NCBI GenBank assembly: GCA_964304625.1
Contig: OZ199838.1
Location: forward strand, 274,148-338,147
Length of the DNA stretch: 64,000 bases
Source: Kudoa neothunni
Lineage: Eukaryota > Animalia > Cnidaria
Direction: 5' to 3'
Part shown: in pieces, positions 1-13,284 of the stretch
Numbering within the stretch: position 1 is the first letter of the stretch
How the letters are laid out: each line of letters starts with the position of its first letter
Notes under the pieces: generated by a model
Seen by the model: only the letters and a program-made list of their open reading frames with translations
Told to the model about the DNA's origin: nothing
The model's database searches: none
Made by a program: the position numbers and the translations under genes

Positions 1-197
1 AGCTTTATAAATAATTGTTGAATACTTATTCCTAAAAATATTTTAAGCATTTCTGACAATTCCTTATTGAGTTTGGCAACTCTAAATAATATAAATCCTT
101 AGGCATCCTTAAGTTGGCCACAAACCACATTGGGCAAAAATTTCCCTATCCAATTTTGACGTCACTTAATTTTCCCCTAAGGGATAAATTTTCTACC

Positions 198-212
198 GTT
201 TGAGAATCCCTG
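198..212. mobile_element. Right terminus of a hAT (Charlie/Buster-type) element; its left end probably lies before the window start
   Basis: GTTTGAGAATCCCTG is the reverse complement of CAGGGATTCTCAAAC, the TIR type shared by other hATs in this window. Confidence 0.55.
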
Positions 213-817
213 CTCTAAGTTATGATTCTTTTATACGCATATGTAGTGACCGAAGAAAAGAGATGTATATCATAAAGTTTAGAACTCGTAAGTACCTTTA
301 ACAAATTTTTTAACATAATAATACCACGTGTACACTTTTATGGAAATTTAATAGTTAATAATCGCAATATTAATTTCCATAGACGGCTCATAAGCAGGAA
401 CCGAAATGGACCCAACAAAACTTAATAGGTTAATTCTATTTATTCGTTGTCAAATCATACCAAAGATATATATGAACATTCATGAAAAATTATTTAGCAA
501 TAATACATGGATCGGCAACTATTATGAGTGGCGAGCCAAACATACACCCTAACTCTAATACGACCCGTATTAAATATGTCATCTACTAAAATGATAAATT
601 ATTTTTAATTCAAATTTTGTATTTCAATATATACAAAATAAGAATTTATACAAGTTATTTAAACTACAAAAGTACGTCAAATCCAAATTAATATATTCTA
701 ATAACTTGTATGTGCAGTGTAATCAACTTGTGAATGAACGGTTTTTTATACGATGTCAAATAAAATTTGATGCACTTATATTCCTTCTTAAAAATATTTC
801 ACATTATTATGGAAATA

Positions 818-2627
818 CAGTAATGTCTCGATATGGTGTAACAATTTTAGCGTTTCTTACAAAAGAACTCATCAATTTTACGGGTTTGGGTTCTATTACT
901 AATATTTTCATGTGTAACATTCATAACTGGACGCAGAGAAAACGAGGGTTTATGATTATCGATGATAAACGCTTTTCTTAATGTATTAATTGCACTTTTT
1001 AATTGAGATGTTGTGACGAATTCATCTTTTTGTTCAAAATCTGGATCTTCATTACGCACAGTGACTTTACACTGCTCACCCTCATCTAGATGTAAGATTT
1101 CATTATCTTCCGACAGAATGATATCATCAACATTGTTATCTATAAATATAATGTTTTAAATTCTTCTATGTTACCTTCTAATGTTATTCCATCCTCGCAT
1201 TCCATTAAAATTTGCTTATCTTAATTTTTCAATAGAAATAATCGATCATATACTTTTGAAAATAGGCGACATATTTAAACAATTACTAATAGTTGATACC
1301 GTAACCATTTCCCAAGCCAATTTAGAGTATTTAAACAATCGAGAACAGTTTATTTTAATCTATCTGGGTCATCCTCTTCAAATATAATATTTTTACATAA
1401 TAGTTTTCTATTATTTGATTTTAAACTATGAATTATTCCCAGATCCATTGGTTTCACCACATTGGTAATGTTTTTCGGTAGAAATAGAAGCTCGATGTTT
1501 TCCAAATTATCGATCGATTTTGGATAAGATGGGCACCGATCCAATAAAACTAAAATCTTTCTGTTTTCTTTAATGAAATTATGGTTCATCTCTTTGAGGA
1601 TCTGAAAATATATGCCTGATGACATCCAGCCATTCGCTTGAGAATGATATTCAACTGGAAACCCTTTAATTCCCTTAAAGCAGCGAGGTTCTTAATTTTT
1701 CCTATTACATATAATGGAAATTTTTCTCCTGTCATTGAGGCAGCGACCAAAACCGTAACACGTTTTTTGGATTGTTTTACACCTTTTACATTTTGTTCAT
1801 TTTTAGTAATGTATGTACGTTGTATCAACTGTTCATAATAAAGACCAGTCTCATCCAATTTAATATTTTTTCGGGGCTGTATCTTGACAAAATCTCGGAT
1901 GACTTGCCCATCCATTCATAAATACATTTAAAGTCGGCACTTTCAGCTTCTCCGTGTAATTTATAAATTTTCAGACCATAACACACCCTGAAATTATTTA
2001 ACCATCCCCTGCTTCCATTAAAATTGTTGATTCCTATATCTTTGGCAACAATAGAAGCTGTTTCGATAATTATTAACCCAGATAATAATTTATTTTTATC
2101 TCGCATTGAAACTATCCGGTTGTAAAGATTATTTTCAAGATCCTCATATTTTCCTGGTTTAAATCTTTTTTTAGATATTGCAATAATTAAATTTGTAATT
2201 TCATCTTGTTTTGACAAGATTCTATCAAGAGTAGGATAGCCTATTTTAAATTAGCGAAAAATCATTAAGTTAGAATCTCTTGGTAAACAGAAATGTTTTA
2301 CAATCATAGCTTTAGCACCAGCTATAGACTTAAAATACTTATAGTAATCAATTATTTTAATTTTATCTTCTAAAGTTCTTCGACAGTTTACCATGTTTAC
2401 GATACTGCAACCAATGGATTAAAGAGATTAAAATGTGGAAAAGGGGTTACGCAATAGCAAGACACAAGGTTTTTCCTATTTTGTTGTATATCCGCTTGTT
2501 CAAAATAATAATTTCTTTTCATAATAATCCAATTAATCATATCGAATATGATTTAATTGTTTAATTTTGTTAATTCAAATGTTTAATGCTAATTTTTCTT
2601 AAATAACGCAGTATCGAGGCACGACTG
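818..2627 (-). mobile_element. pogo/Tigger (Tc1/mariner superfamily) DNA transposon with frameshifted transposase
   Basis: TA at 816-817 and 2628-2629. Imperfect TIRs CAGTAATGTCTCGATA / CAGTCGTGCCTCGATA. CENP-B HTH (SRGWLNNFR, LHGEAESAD); DDE motifs (LDETGLYY, KKRVTVLV, LLDRCPSY, PMDLGII); C-terminal QTRKIDEFF PIP-box-like motif; stop at 847. Confidence 0.9.
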
Positions 2628-2629
2628 TA

Positions 2630-5600
2630 TATACTTACATGTATCGTAAAAATTTTGAATAGTTTTTATAATGGTTCTTCCGCTCTGTGTCGCGCACGCG
2701 AATATAACAACTGACGACGAATCGAATCAGGATTCAACACCCATAACAACCAATACAACGAACCCGGTACCCACGTCAACTGACACGACCACTACCGCCC
2801 TGTACGGCGCCATTGGGGAATTCGACTCTATGAGTAATGACTGGTCCAATTACTTGGACAGATTTCGCAGTTACACGTTGATCAGCAACATTCCCGGAAA
2901 CGTCAAATTTACCCTCCTCTTGACGGTCTTCGGGAAGGACGACTACTGGACAATCACGGACTTGGCCAAACCACAAAAACCAACTGACATCTCATTCGAC
3001 AAGCCGATTGAAATGGTTAACAGCCATTGGAGACCCCAAACCTTGTTTATCCTGAAGCGTTTCAAGTTCTGCAGTATCAACCAAGGAGACCACGAGTCGA
3101 TTGCGGACTTCGCAAATCGGCTGAGAGCTGTCTCACACAGCTTTGACTTTGGAAACTTCCTCGGTCAAGCCCTCCGTGACAAGTTTGTCACTGGAAAACT
3201 CCCGGGTCTCAATGACATACAAGATACCCTTCTCACGGCTGATTACCACCTTGAGGAAGCGCTATCGTTAGTCAAAATCTGAGATGTCACCCTACGAAAA
3301 AGAGGCTATTAAACGAGGCGAATATAACCAACACAGTCTATAGACTAGCGACACCAGCCAGGGCTTTCTAACCGCTGCTTTCTATGTGATTCAAAAGACC
3401 CCCCCCCCTCCCTCGATAGGGAGTGCATCCACATAAACACTATCTGTTCCTATTGTGGGATCAAAGGTCACCAGGTCAGAGCACGCATGAGACGGAAAAA
3501 GGGACGGGCCCCACCATTGGGATAAATCCAACGTTCTCGACAGAGCGTTAACCCATAGCGGGTTTTCGTTGCTTTTTCGGCTCTGGTATATAACCGCCAT
3601 AAAAACTTTCATTATTTTTAAAATTTTATCATTTTTTTCCCATCAATTAATGAATGCATTTTTTATTTATTACTAAAGTATAATTATAGTTAATAATGTA
3701 TTTGTAAAGATATGATAATAAATAACTCATACCTTGTGCTTAGGTTATAATGCAACAAAAAATTTATGATATTAGTCTCTTTGAAGAGTATTTTTGTAAA
3801 TTTAGAAAAATTATATTTAGTTGTATGATATGAATTCAATTTAAGAACTAAAGACTTATCTAAGATAAGTTATAACGGATGTAATGTGAGGCCGAAAAAG
3901 CAACGAAGAACGACCGGCATGCTAAATCCTAATAATCCCACATTTGTTACTTGAGAGATGAGGTATAGGAATTTGATCGACGCAGTTGATGAAATTGATA
4001 ATAATGATGATGAAATTAATTGCATCGATATTGTAACATTACCTCCTGAAACAGTTGATATTTTAACGGACGAAGAAGAAAGTTTTGTCAGCCTAGATTC
4101 AGACAATGTTGACATCAGGAATGTCCCCGAAGTTTGCGGGGAAGTTGAGATATTTTCAACATTAGATGATGGTCAGACTGCTGAGAACTTCATGGCTAAG
4201 TGGGAAAAAATTCTTCATTCATCAAATTTATCAACCGATGCGGAAACTAATGTTTTTTCACAAAACAAAAATGAATTGCCAACAAACGTTTCGCTCGAAA
4301 AATACGATTCACTTGAAGCATTTTATGAATTTTTTGATGAAAGTTTATTGATGTACATTGTTAAACAAAGTAATCTGTACGCTCGCCAGAAGAATGACCA
4401 TTCTTTCCACTTATCGTTAAAGGAACTAAAATCATTCATTGGTATTTTGCTACTGCCTGGATATAACAAATTATCCCAACAACATATGTATTGGGAATCT
4501 GCAATGGACTCTGGAGTTGATATAGTCAGAAAGTACATGTCCTATAAACGCTTCAAGACTATAAAATCATATATTCATTTTAATAATAACGCCAATTTAG
4601 ATCCTGAAGATAAGCTCTTCAAACTTACACCAATAATAAAAAAACTGAATGAAAATTTTAAGAAATTTGGTATTTTCCATAATAACGTTTGTGTTGATGA
4701 ACAGATGGTTCCGTATACCGGTCACCACTCATGCAAAATGTTTATGAGAGGAAAACCAATTTGGTTTGGTTTAAAGCGGTGGATGTTGGCCTCTGCGGAT
4801 GGTTTTGTGTATAGCTTTGACGTTTATACAGGCAAGTCAGCGAAATATGATAAATATTTTGGCCTCGGTGGCAGTGTTGTGCTGAATTTTGCGGACGATC
4901 TTAAGGATAAATCAAACGCTCATATTTATATGGACAATTTTTTTACATCCTATAAATTGTTCGTTGAACTGAAGAAAAGATCCCTCAAAGCAACCGGCAC
5001 CGTGAGAACCAATCGTACTTCCAAATGCCCGCTTACAACAAATAAAGTGATGGAAAAATAAAATTGTTAAACCATATCCGGAATATCGTAACATGTTTAA
5101 TTAGCATTAGTGACCATGAAAAACTTACCAGAACATCGTCCTTATCCAAACTCCAAGCGTCATCATTGTGCAAAAAACCTTTGCTTATACCCATCCTGCA
5201 AAAAAGAAACGTAGATGTATAGTTTGTAAAAAAACTGCAATACATTTATGTACGAATTGCCAATGTTATATGCACATAAAATGTTCAATAAAATTTCATT
5301 AGGCATAATTATTTACAATTGTTTCACTTTAAACCAGCTGTTATTTGTTTACCGCAAACACAAACCTGCTACTGGAAAATCGCACGTCGGTAGCTTTTCG
5401 TTGCTTTTTCGGCCAATACTAATTCAATTGTAATTCATTAAATATTTAATATTTCAAAAATCTATTACACCAGTGTTAATTATTAATGATTTAATACATA
5501 TATATAAGTTATAAATAAAATCTAAACATTGGACCCGTTATGGGTTAAGTTAAAATAATCGACGTCATTATCACTGTCGAGAACTTAGATAATAATTTTG

Positions 5601-6724
5601 ACGAATCGGATCACTATTCGAGACGTTCTTTTGCGCGTGTTTCATTAATAGCGCTAAACTGGAGGGTGAAGTGGACGCAGGAGCGGCTGTACCACTCATC
5701 TCGTTTTCAGATTATCGAAATGTTGGAGGGACACTGTATAAGTCCAATCTCGTCCTATCTACATACACAGGACAACAAATCAATATAAAAGACCGCCTGG
5801 AGATGATTTTGAAAACAAAGGAAGGAAAGCAATGCCGAGCACAAATGTACGTGACGAATGGAGATCAACCAACGATCCTTAGGAGAGACTGGCCTCCTAA
5901 AATCAAGCTCAAGCAAGTAACCACCAACCCGACTCTGGAGTCCGTGAGGACGAAGTACGAAGAGTACTTCAACGATGGAATGGGCACGGTCCGGAATTTT
6001 AATGTGCGTTTATTCCTGAATGACGGAGCACAGCCAAAATTCTTCTAGCCGAGACCGGTGTCCTTCTAAAAGAAGACAAAGAATGTAGAAGAGATCAGCC
6101 GCCTATTAGAAAGGGGAATATTAGAACCGGTCTCCTGCAGCGAATGAGAAGGTACGCGTTTACTCCGACTTCACTTTAACAATAAACCCCCTCCTTAAAG
6201 CTGAAACATTCCCTATTCCCAGAATCCGTAACTTATTCAGCAAACTTGCGGACGGCAGGAGTTCACAGTCCTAGACATCAAGGAAGCCTACGTGCACTTG
6301 CTAATGGATGAGAAAGATAGGGATTACTTAACAATCAACACCCATATGGTGCTCTTTCGTTATTCAAGGCTCCCATATGGCCTAAAGTCCTCACCAGCTA
6401 TTTGGTAACGTTTTATGGGCATTTTACTGCAAGATTGCACGATAACTGCATGCTACCTAGGCGTCATCATAATCACGGGTAAAACTAAACAAGAGAATGT
6501 ACTGAACCTATTGCAAGCAATGTCAAAACTGTATGAGCTAGGAATTCGCCTAAACAATGGATAATGTCAATTATTTCAAAGGGAAGTAAAGTATTGTGGT
6601 CATGCCATCAGCTTGGATGGACTCCATATAACGCCAGGCATGGTTACGGTGGTCTTGGAGGCACCAACACGTATGAACATAATCGAAGAGCGAACTTTTT
6701 ATGATCTTGCGGGTTATTATAGAG
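2630..6724 (+). mobile_element. Degenerate Ty3/Gypsy LTR retrotransposon (gag-protease-RT), interrupted by a piggyBac and truncated by a hAT MITE
   Basis: LTR-end/PBS-like TAACA-AC-TGACGACGA at 2705-2720. Gag ORF 2671-3282 (W..YLDRF, Q...ESIADF..RLR, LRDKFV.G). Protease VDAGAAV at 5671. RT remnants 6050-6720 (LDIKEAY, LTINTHM.LFRYSRLPYG, YCGH, GYYR) with stops and frameshifts. Confidence 0.85.
3552..5544 (+). mobile_element. piggyBac element (PGBD2/3-like) with an internal deletion in the transposase
   Basis: TTAA at 3548-3551 and 5545-5548. TIRs CCCATAGCGGGT / CCCATAACGGGT. ORF 3958-5061 has VDEQMVP and YMDNFF. The third-Asp region is absent, but the Cys-rich tail (RRCIVCKK..HLCTNC...HIKC) remains at ~5200-5300. 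Confidence 0.93.
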
Positions 6725-9700
6725 CAGAGGTCGGCAACCCATTCGGGTTGCCGGGCCGGGTAATCAAGCTGAACTAGAAGGCGGGCCAGAATATATATAA
6801 ATCATTTAGCTGTAATGAATTTTTCACAATGCAACTGGATGCTGGCTAAAGACATTCGAACTGCGATATTTAAAATTATATCGTTTAAGTGCGACGCGAA
6901 AAAAACAAAATAATTTTCTAAATTTATTCGTAAAATTGATGTATAATAATTAATGAGGAATTTTATAATTTGTTTTCTTCGCTACTTCAAGGATAGAAAT
7001 ATCCAGCTTCGTTGTGGAGAGCAACAAGATGTCATCGAGATGGTCATCATGTAACCTACTCCGAAACGTACCTTTGGTATATTTTAATTTCGAGAATAGC
7101 TGTTCGCGCGCATAAGTTCTCCCAAATGGCGATATTATTATTTTCGAGTTTTATAATAAATTTTTATATTTTCCAGTCGGCAATAGATAGTTTTTGTAAA
7201 GGCAGTGACTATTGGCCTGTCAGATCAGTTTTACGATTTTGTAATATTAAAAATAAGTAAAATTAGGTTTTTCATTTCCCAATTGTTAAATTACAAAGTT
7301 TATTTACAAACATATTTTTGATATTCGAGTCGTTCCATTTAGGAATTGTTACCGGCACGGCGTAATTATCGTTTTCAGCTATTATATATTTTTTCGCCTA
7401 AATTTGAGAATAAATTGATCTGGTGATCGCATCTAAATTAAACAGTGACGTTGAATTTTGTGAACCTTGTGTTTCGTGTAGCGAGGTTATTTGTACGCAA
7501 TGAACAGCAAAGAAAGTGGTGGAAGCAACCATGATGTTAACACTAACGAGAATAATTTTTTTAAAGTTGGTGATACGTTTAATAGCTTTGAAGAGTTAAA
7601 GTTGAAAATTGAACAGTTGGAATTACTCGATAAATATACGATGTCCGTATTAGATTGCAAAACCATTGAGAGTGGTCAAAAACGATGTGATCGAGTGTTA
7701 AATTCACTATTAAAATATTATCAATTAAAACATTGTTGTATCCATGGCGGAAAATAGGTAAATCGTTTTATTTTGTTAAATATTTTTTATTAAGGTTAAT
7801 TATTGTTTTGTCTTTAGAAATATTTTTATTTATTTGTTAAGTTATTTATTGGTTTCATTACTTTAGAGAAAGCGATCAACTGGTCAACGAAATACGAACT
7901 CTTATTATAAGGGATGCCCAGTGTTTTTAAGATTTCTAATAGACACCGATGGGAAAAAACTTGTGTTAAAATCTCCTAATTTATCACATAACCACGATTC
8001 TCTTGGTTTAACCTCAAAATTTTCGTCAAAGGCAAAAAAACTTAATGATGAGGAGATTACATATATCACCCAACATGTTGAATTTGACGGTAATTCAAAG
8101 GCTATCCAAGAAAAAATTTTAAGGGAGAAGGGAAAGTACATTTCACTGAAAAAGCTAAGAAACATTGAATATTAAATTAAGTTCCATTCAACCACAGTTG
8201 ATTGTATGTTAACTCTAAAAAATAATTCTAATGTATTTATTGAAGTGTTAAAAGGTGAAAATAATTTTAAGAGCCTTTTTTTATCAAAATTTGGACCTGA
8301 AAAAATGCTTAACAGCTTACCCCGAAATAATATTTGTTGTCGCCACATATAAATTATTAGATTGTAGGGCTCCAGTTTATTTTCTTGTGGTAATGGATGG
8401 AAGAGGAATGAGCGAGATTGTGGTAACAGGAATCCTCACTGAAGAAACTGAGGAAATATTATCGTGGTTTATTAAAACAATTAAAAAGCATAACCCAGTG
8501 ATAGAAAATGAGACTAAAATTTTTATGACAGACAAAGACATGGTAGAACGAAAAGTTTTAAAAAATATTTTTCCAAATGTTAACATTCAATTATGTCTTT
8601 ATCATGTCTTAAAAGCATTTAATCGTGAAATCAAGGTCGAGAAAATGAACATCAATTCTAAGGAAAAAGAAATTTCACTCTTTTACCAACAAAAAGTCTC
8701 ATACGCCAAAAACAATGATGAGTATAATTCTATAAAAAAACAATTTAAGGATAATGTAGGAGAAAACGTTTATCGTTATTTTAAAAATAATTGGCATACC
8801 ATCAAAGATGAATGGGTTATTGGTTTACGGAGATACGATGGAATGTTCTTAAATTTTACCAATAATAGAATTGAAAGTGTCAATTCCAAAGTAAAGCAAG
8901 TGATTCCATTGTTTTCCTCTTTTGAAGAATTTTTCAAGAAGTTTCTGGTTTACATAAATACTTTAAGAATGGAGAATGATAATAAGGCTGTACAAGAAAT
9001 TTTAAAGACTCCTCAAAAATTCATTGATCCTGATATAATCGAGTATTATAATTATTTAACCAAATACCCATTTCAAATGAACATTCTAAAGTTCTTCTAT
9101 CGCCAGAAAACATCGGTGACGAAATTCTTCAAGATAGTTTTAATATGTCTTTTAATGATAAATGTGGTTGTCCCTTTAGAATCAGCGTGAACTTACCATG
9201 CTGTCACGTATTTACATATCGGAAAAAATGTAATCTTCCACTTTTTGATAAATCTTTGTGCTCCAAGAGATGGACGAAAAAATACTTTATTAAAAATTCC
9301 AGGCTGCAAGAAAATGTTTGCGAAAAGAATGATGTCGACTTTGGAAGCGATTCTATTACTTTCAGTTCTTTATCCAAGAATGTTCAATATTCAGAACTGG
9401 AAAAATTTAATGAAGCTTCTTGGTTAATGAAAACTGTCGCTGCTAGAATCTCAGAAAAAACAGGTCCTGAATATAATTATTGGATAGATATGCCGAAACA
9501 GTTTGTGGAATGCGTTGAAAATAATGAAAAAATTGCGATAACAAGATTTAACGATAATGACTCTACACGTGAGGTCTCAACAGCCTCAAGCAAAAACATC
9601 ACTGTGTCTAAAAGTATTTATCTATATAATATAATGTAATATTAATTTTTATTCTTATAGAATCAGAATTACATCATTGTCCTATAAACGAAAGTCAACA

Positions 9701-11603
9701 AAATTAAAACGGAATCCCTATTTAAATATTCATTCTAATTATAGAGAGAAATCCAATAATGGTGAAAAATCATCTGAGATATCTGATGAAGATAATAAAA
9801 TTTCAAGTAATATAACAATTAATTATATTTTTGATTCAACATGTAGAATTAATTTTGCCTTCAAAAATTAAATTCAAGGGCCGCGCTAAAGGTTCGTCGA
9901 CGACTGTAATTGGTATAAAAAGATCTAAAGTTCACATGAGTTCGTTCATGAATTTAACTGAAAAGCAACAAATTTTGAGTATATTATTATAAATTTTTTA
10001 AATAATAAATAGCTATGCTGAGTTGGTTCGTTGATAAAAAAATTGCGAGAAGAGCTATGGTTAATAAAGAAAAAATTGATGAAAAGGATGCCGAGGTTTT
10101 TTCCGATGACGTAAGTGACGCGATTCTTGACCAAAGGGTTAAAATTGATAAAATATATCCTTATTTCACTGACGACGCCATTTATAATATTAAAACGATT
10201 ATAAAAAACAGAAAAACTTTTGGTTATATGTGTAATATCTGTAAAAACACGATTGGGAACATGGAATCATCTATAGGTTGTGATATATGCTTAGAATGGA
10301 GTCATTTCAAATGTCAAAATATCAGTGTTAGCCCGTATTCTAAATATTAGCGTTGCAATGAATGTAAAAAGTTATTCAAGAACAAAGGCTGTAAACTTGA
10401 AAAAAAATATTTCTCCAACAAAAGAGTAGTTTTATTCGAATTATCTTCAAAATTATTTACGATTTTTCCAGATACAAATTTTTTTATTGCAAATACGAAT
10501 AGTGCCAAATTATATTATATTTTTAATTACATTAATAATCGACAAGTATTATTTCTTTTGTAAGCAACATTGGCTACTATAAGGTCGATTTGTTTAAAGC
10601 TTCGATTTTGAAATTGAATTCTGTAATCTTAATCAGTTTCTATAATGATGTTATATATTTAAAATCATGATGGTGCTGATTGTGATGTCATATATAATCA
10701 ACATTAAATAAATTTCATGTTTAAGAATATACCAATATAATTAATATTGTTTCGAATCCGGATGGAGATATTTACTTACTCATTCGAAATAGCGTCGAGA
10801 GTTTAATTTATTTACAAAGCAAGCATAATTTGAATAATATTTCGAGATGAGTTTTGTCAAATTGCTTTACCGCTTGAGTAAATGAAATTTTCTTTGTTAT
10901 GTACTATGTAAATTAACTTATTAGTACGAATCAATCTCTCGAAATTGAATATCAATCAATTATCAAACTGATATAAATAATTATTAATTGTTGCCCTAAA
11001 TAGAATCAAATATATCTCAACCTTATTATTTTTAGATGCATTTTAAGGATAAATATAACGCATAATTAAGTCATTGGAATATGTAAATATGATGTAAACA
11101 TTTCTATAGAAAACTTAAGTCTTATTAATCCAATAATTCATAAATATGCTAGTTTATGTAAGATTAGCATTTTTCACAAGTCAAAAAATGAAGATCTCGA
11201 TTCTATCCGTGTCTAAATAGATGTCTGAGTATTCTCGTTAATTAAACTTAATTGATAGATATACTTGTCGTTGAAATGTTGTTTAAAATATTAAATGTAA
11301 TTTTATATCAACTCAAAGTAAATTTAAATAGCATGGGATGCTGATCTGCCGGATCAATAGTTACTTCCTTTAAGAAAACCACCATAACAGACACCCTGTC
11401 CACGTCCCGGCATCGGATGGCTAATGAAATCGAATTTAGTCGGTTAAAATATTTATATCGACAATACATTAATATTTAAAAAAATGATCTAGATAAAAAA
11501 TGATTATTATTTAGGTACTTTAGATTTTAGGAAGAATTTGTTCTAGTCAATGCATGGCTGGCAGGATAGAAACAACCAACGGGCCGTAGATTGCCGACCC
11601 CTG
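6725..11603. mobile_element. Non-autonomous hAT element (~0.7 kb of its own sequence) split by a MULE insertion
   Basis: TIRs CAGAGGTCGGCAAC (6725) and reverse-complement CAGGGGTCGGCAAT (ends 11603), with GGGCC subterminal motifs. The flanking 8-mers do not match. Confidence 0.65.
7201..11368 (+). mobile_element. Mutator-like element (MULE); intron-containing transposase pseudogene with SWIM and C-terminal PHD fingers
   Basis: TIRs GGCAGTGACTATTGGCCTGTCAGATCAG / GGAAGTAACTATTGATCCGGCAGATCAG; degenerate 9-bp TSD TTTTGTAAA/TTTAAGAAA. MULE DDE motifs (FMTDKD, LCLYHV, TNNRIESVN); SWIM CGCPFRISVNLPCCH; PHD CNIC..IGCDICLEWSHFKC..RCNEC; GT-AG intron ~7758-7866. Confidence 0.88.
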
Positions 11604-12054
11604 ATGTAATATAATGTACGAGACATCACATTTAATTTCTCCATTCAGAAATGTTGTTTTTCCTTCTTTTCAAGTAGTAAGCCTTTGACTTGGGTGTATT
11701 TAATGTTTGACCAAAATTTCTGATCTAATAAGGCATGACTTCAATTATACTTGTATTTTGTTTCGTTTAAATATGAGAGATTGAATTGAACTACTTTTTC
11801 CATCATGGTACCACGTTTACTCGAAAATAAGCCCGTCTCTTATATTGATTTTACAAAAGAAATAGCTAGTAGGACTTATTTTCGATAAGACCTCGAAAAT
11901 TATATTTATGGACTTACTGAAAGACTTTAAAATTATATTTTTATTTAAATAGAAACTGCTTCGATTGTATGTTAATATTGTGATAGCTAAAAAATAGAAA
12001 TTGTAGAAACTGAAATTCCTCAAACAATACCGATATGCAATCTAATAAAAAAGT

Positions 12055-13284
12055 CTATTTATTGAGCGTGAAAAACAAATAGAGCCCACTTCCTAGTAGA
12101 TTCATAAAGAACGTGATCCATAAGATTGCAAAAGAAAAACCATTTTTTAGTATGTAATCCTCACTCTTATACAACAACGCTACTTTAAGATGTTCCACCT
12201 TTATTGAAACAACTATTACGTATATCGCATATAAAACATCTAAAAATAAAGTTTATTTCTGTACTTCTGGGAAATATTACTGAGTATCACAAAACTGATT
12301 GTCATGTACCTCTTCTTAATGCCTTTGTAGTTCAGATGTATCCCCATAACCATACAGGAAACCGCTGTAACTACAACAAATACTCCTAAAACGTTTAGCA
12401 GGTTATATTCCACGAGCTCTGAAGCAACTAAATAGATGTTTAATATAAATGAACAAATAAATATAGTGGGTTACACAATTTCCCCGAAAGTTTAACCCAA
12501 TAGAGGCGAGTACATGTTATTTCTAGATTTTTATAAACATTATTTTAAATCATACACAAATTAATCATGGATAGTAAAAAAATAAGCATGGCCATTAATA
12601 TCTAAATATTTAGTTGAAACTTCGGTTGAATTTAGATAATAATCATAAAAGTAAATTATTTTTAAATTTTTCCAAAAAATATAATAATATTGGCTAGTTG
12701 TAGTATTATGCTAAAAACGTAATCATGGAGTTTACCTTTAACGAGGTTTTCTAAACTTTTCGTGAATCCTTTTATATTAGAAGAATGATAAACGAATTAA
12801 TAACATATATAGCTAAGTAAATACTAGTCGAAATTGCATCTAAAACTGTTGGTAAGTCGGCACATCCACAACGGTTATTTTCCTTAAAATGGAAACACAT
12901 TGCCATAACACCTAATCCAAAATCATCTTCATCTTGACCGTCGGTGCCCACAATTAGAGTTTGTGAAAATCCAGCTAGGATGAAACCAATCACTGCCAAT
13001 ATCATAAGTATCCATCCAATTATTCCAAGTATATGCTTGGCCTAATTTTACTCTGGTAAATGAAAAAATATAACGTCGAGTATACATACGTATGCGAGTC
13101 TCATTATTCGCCGAAAAAATCAAATACGTTGCAATATGCGAGTATCGAAGCTGTGAAAAAATTCAACGATACGATAATTCGTTATTAGCTTGGCTAACTG
13201 TAATCGTTGGAATTAAAAGAGAATTAACACAATTTAGCTAATGGGACAAAATATAGATCTATTTTTCGCTCACATATCTCCCAT
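12055..13284 (-). CDS. Multi-exon tetraspan membrane protein, claudin/PMP22/LHFPL-like (exon model approximate)
   Basis: TM1 ILGIIGWILMILAVIGFILAGFS; extracellular FGLGVMAMCF...C.C; further hydrophobic exons; last exon YILKNGFSFAILWITFFMNLLGSGLYLFFTLNK* resembles claudin-family TM4; TAG at 12055-12057. Confidence 0.5.

Noticed and set aside
242-817. TGTAGTG at 242 as the start of the Gypsy 5' LTR
   Set aside because: There is no second LTR to compare, and a TG start alone is insufficient.
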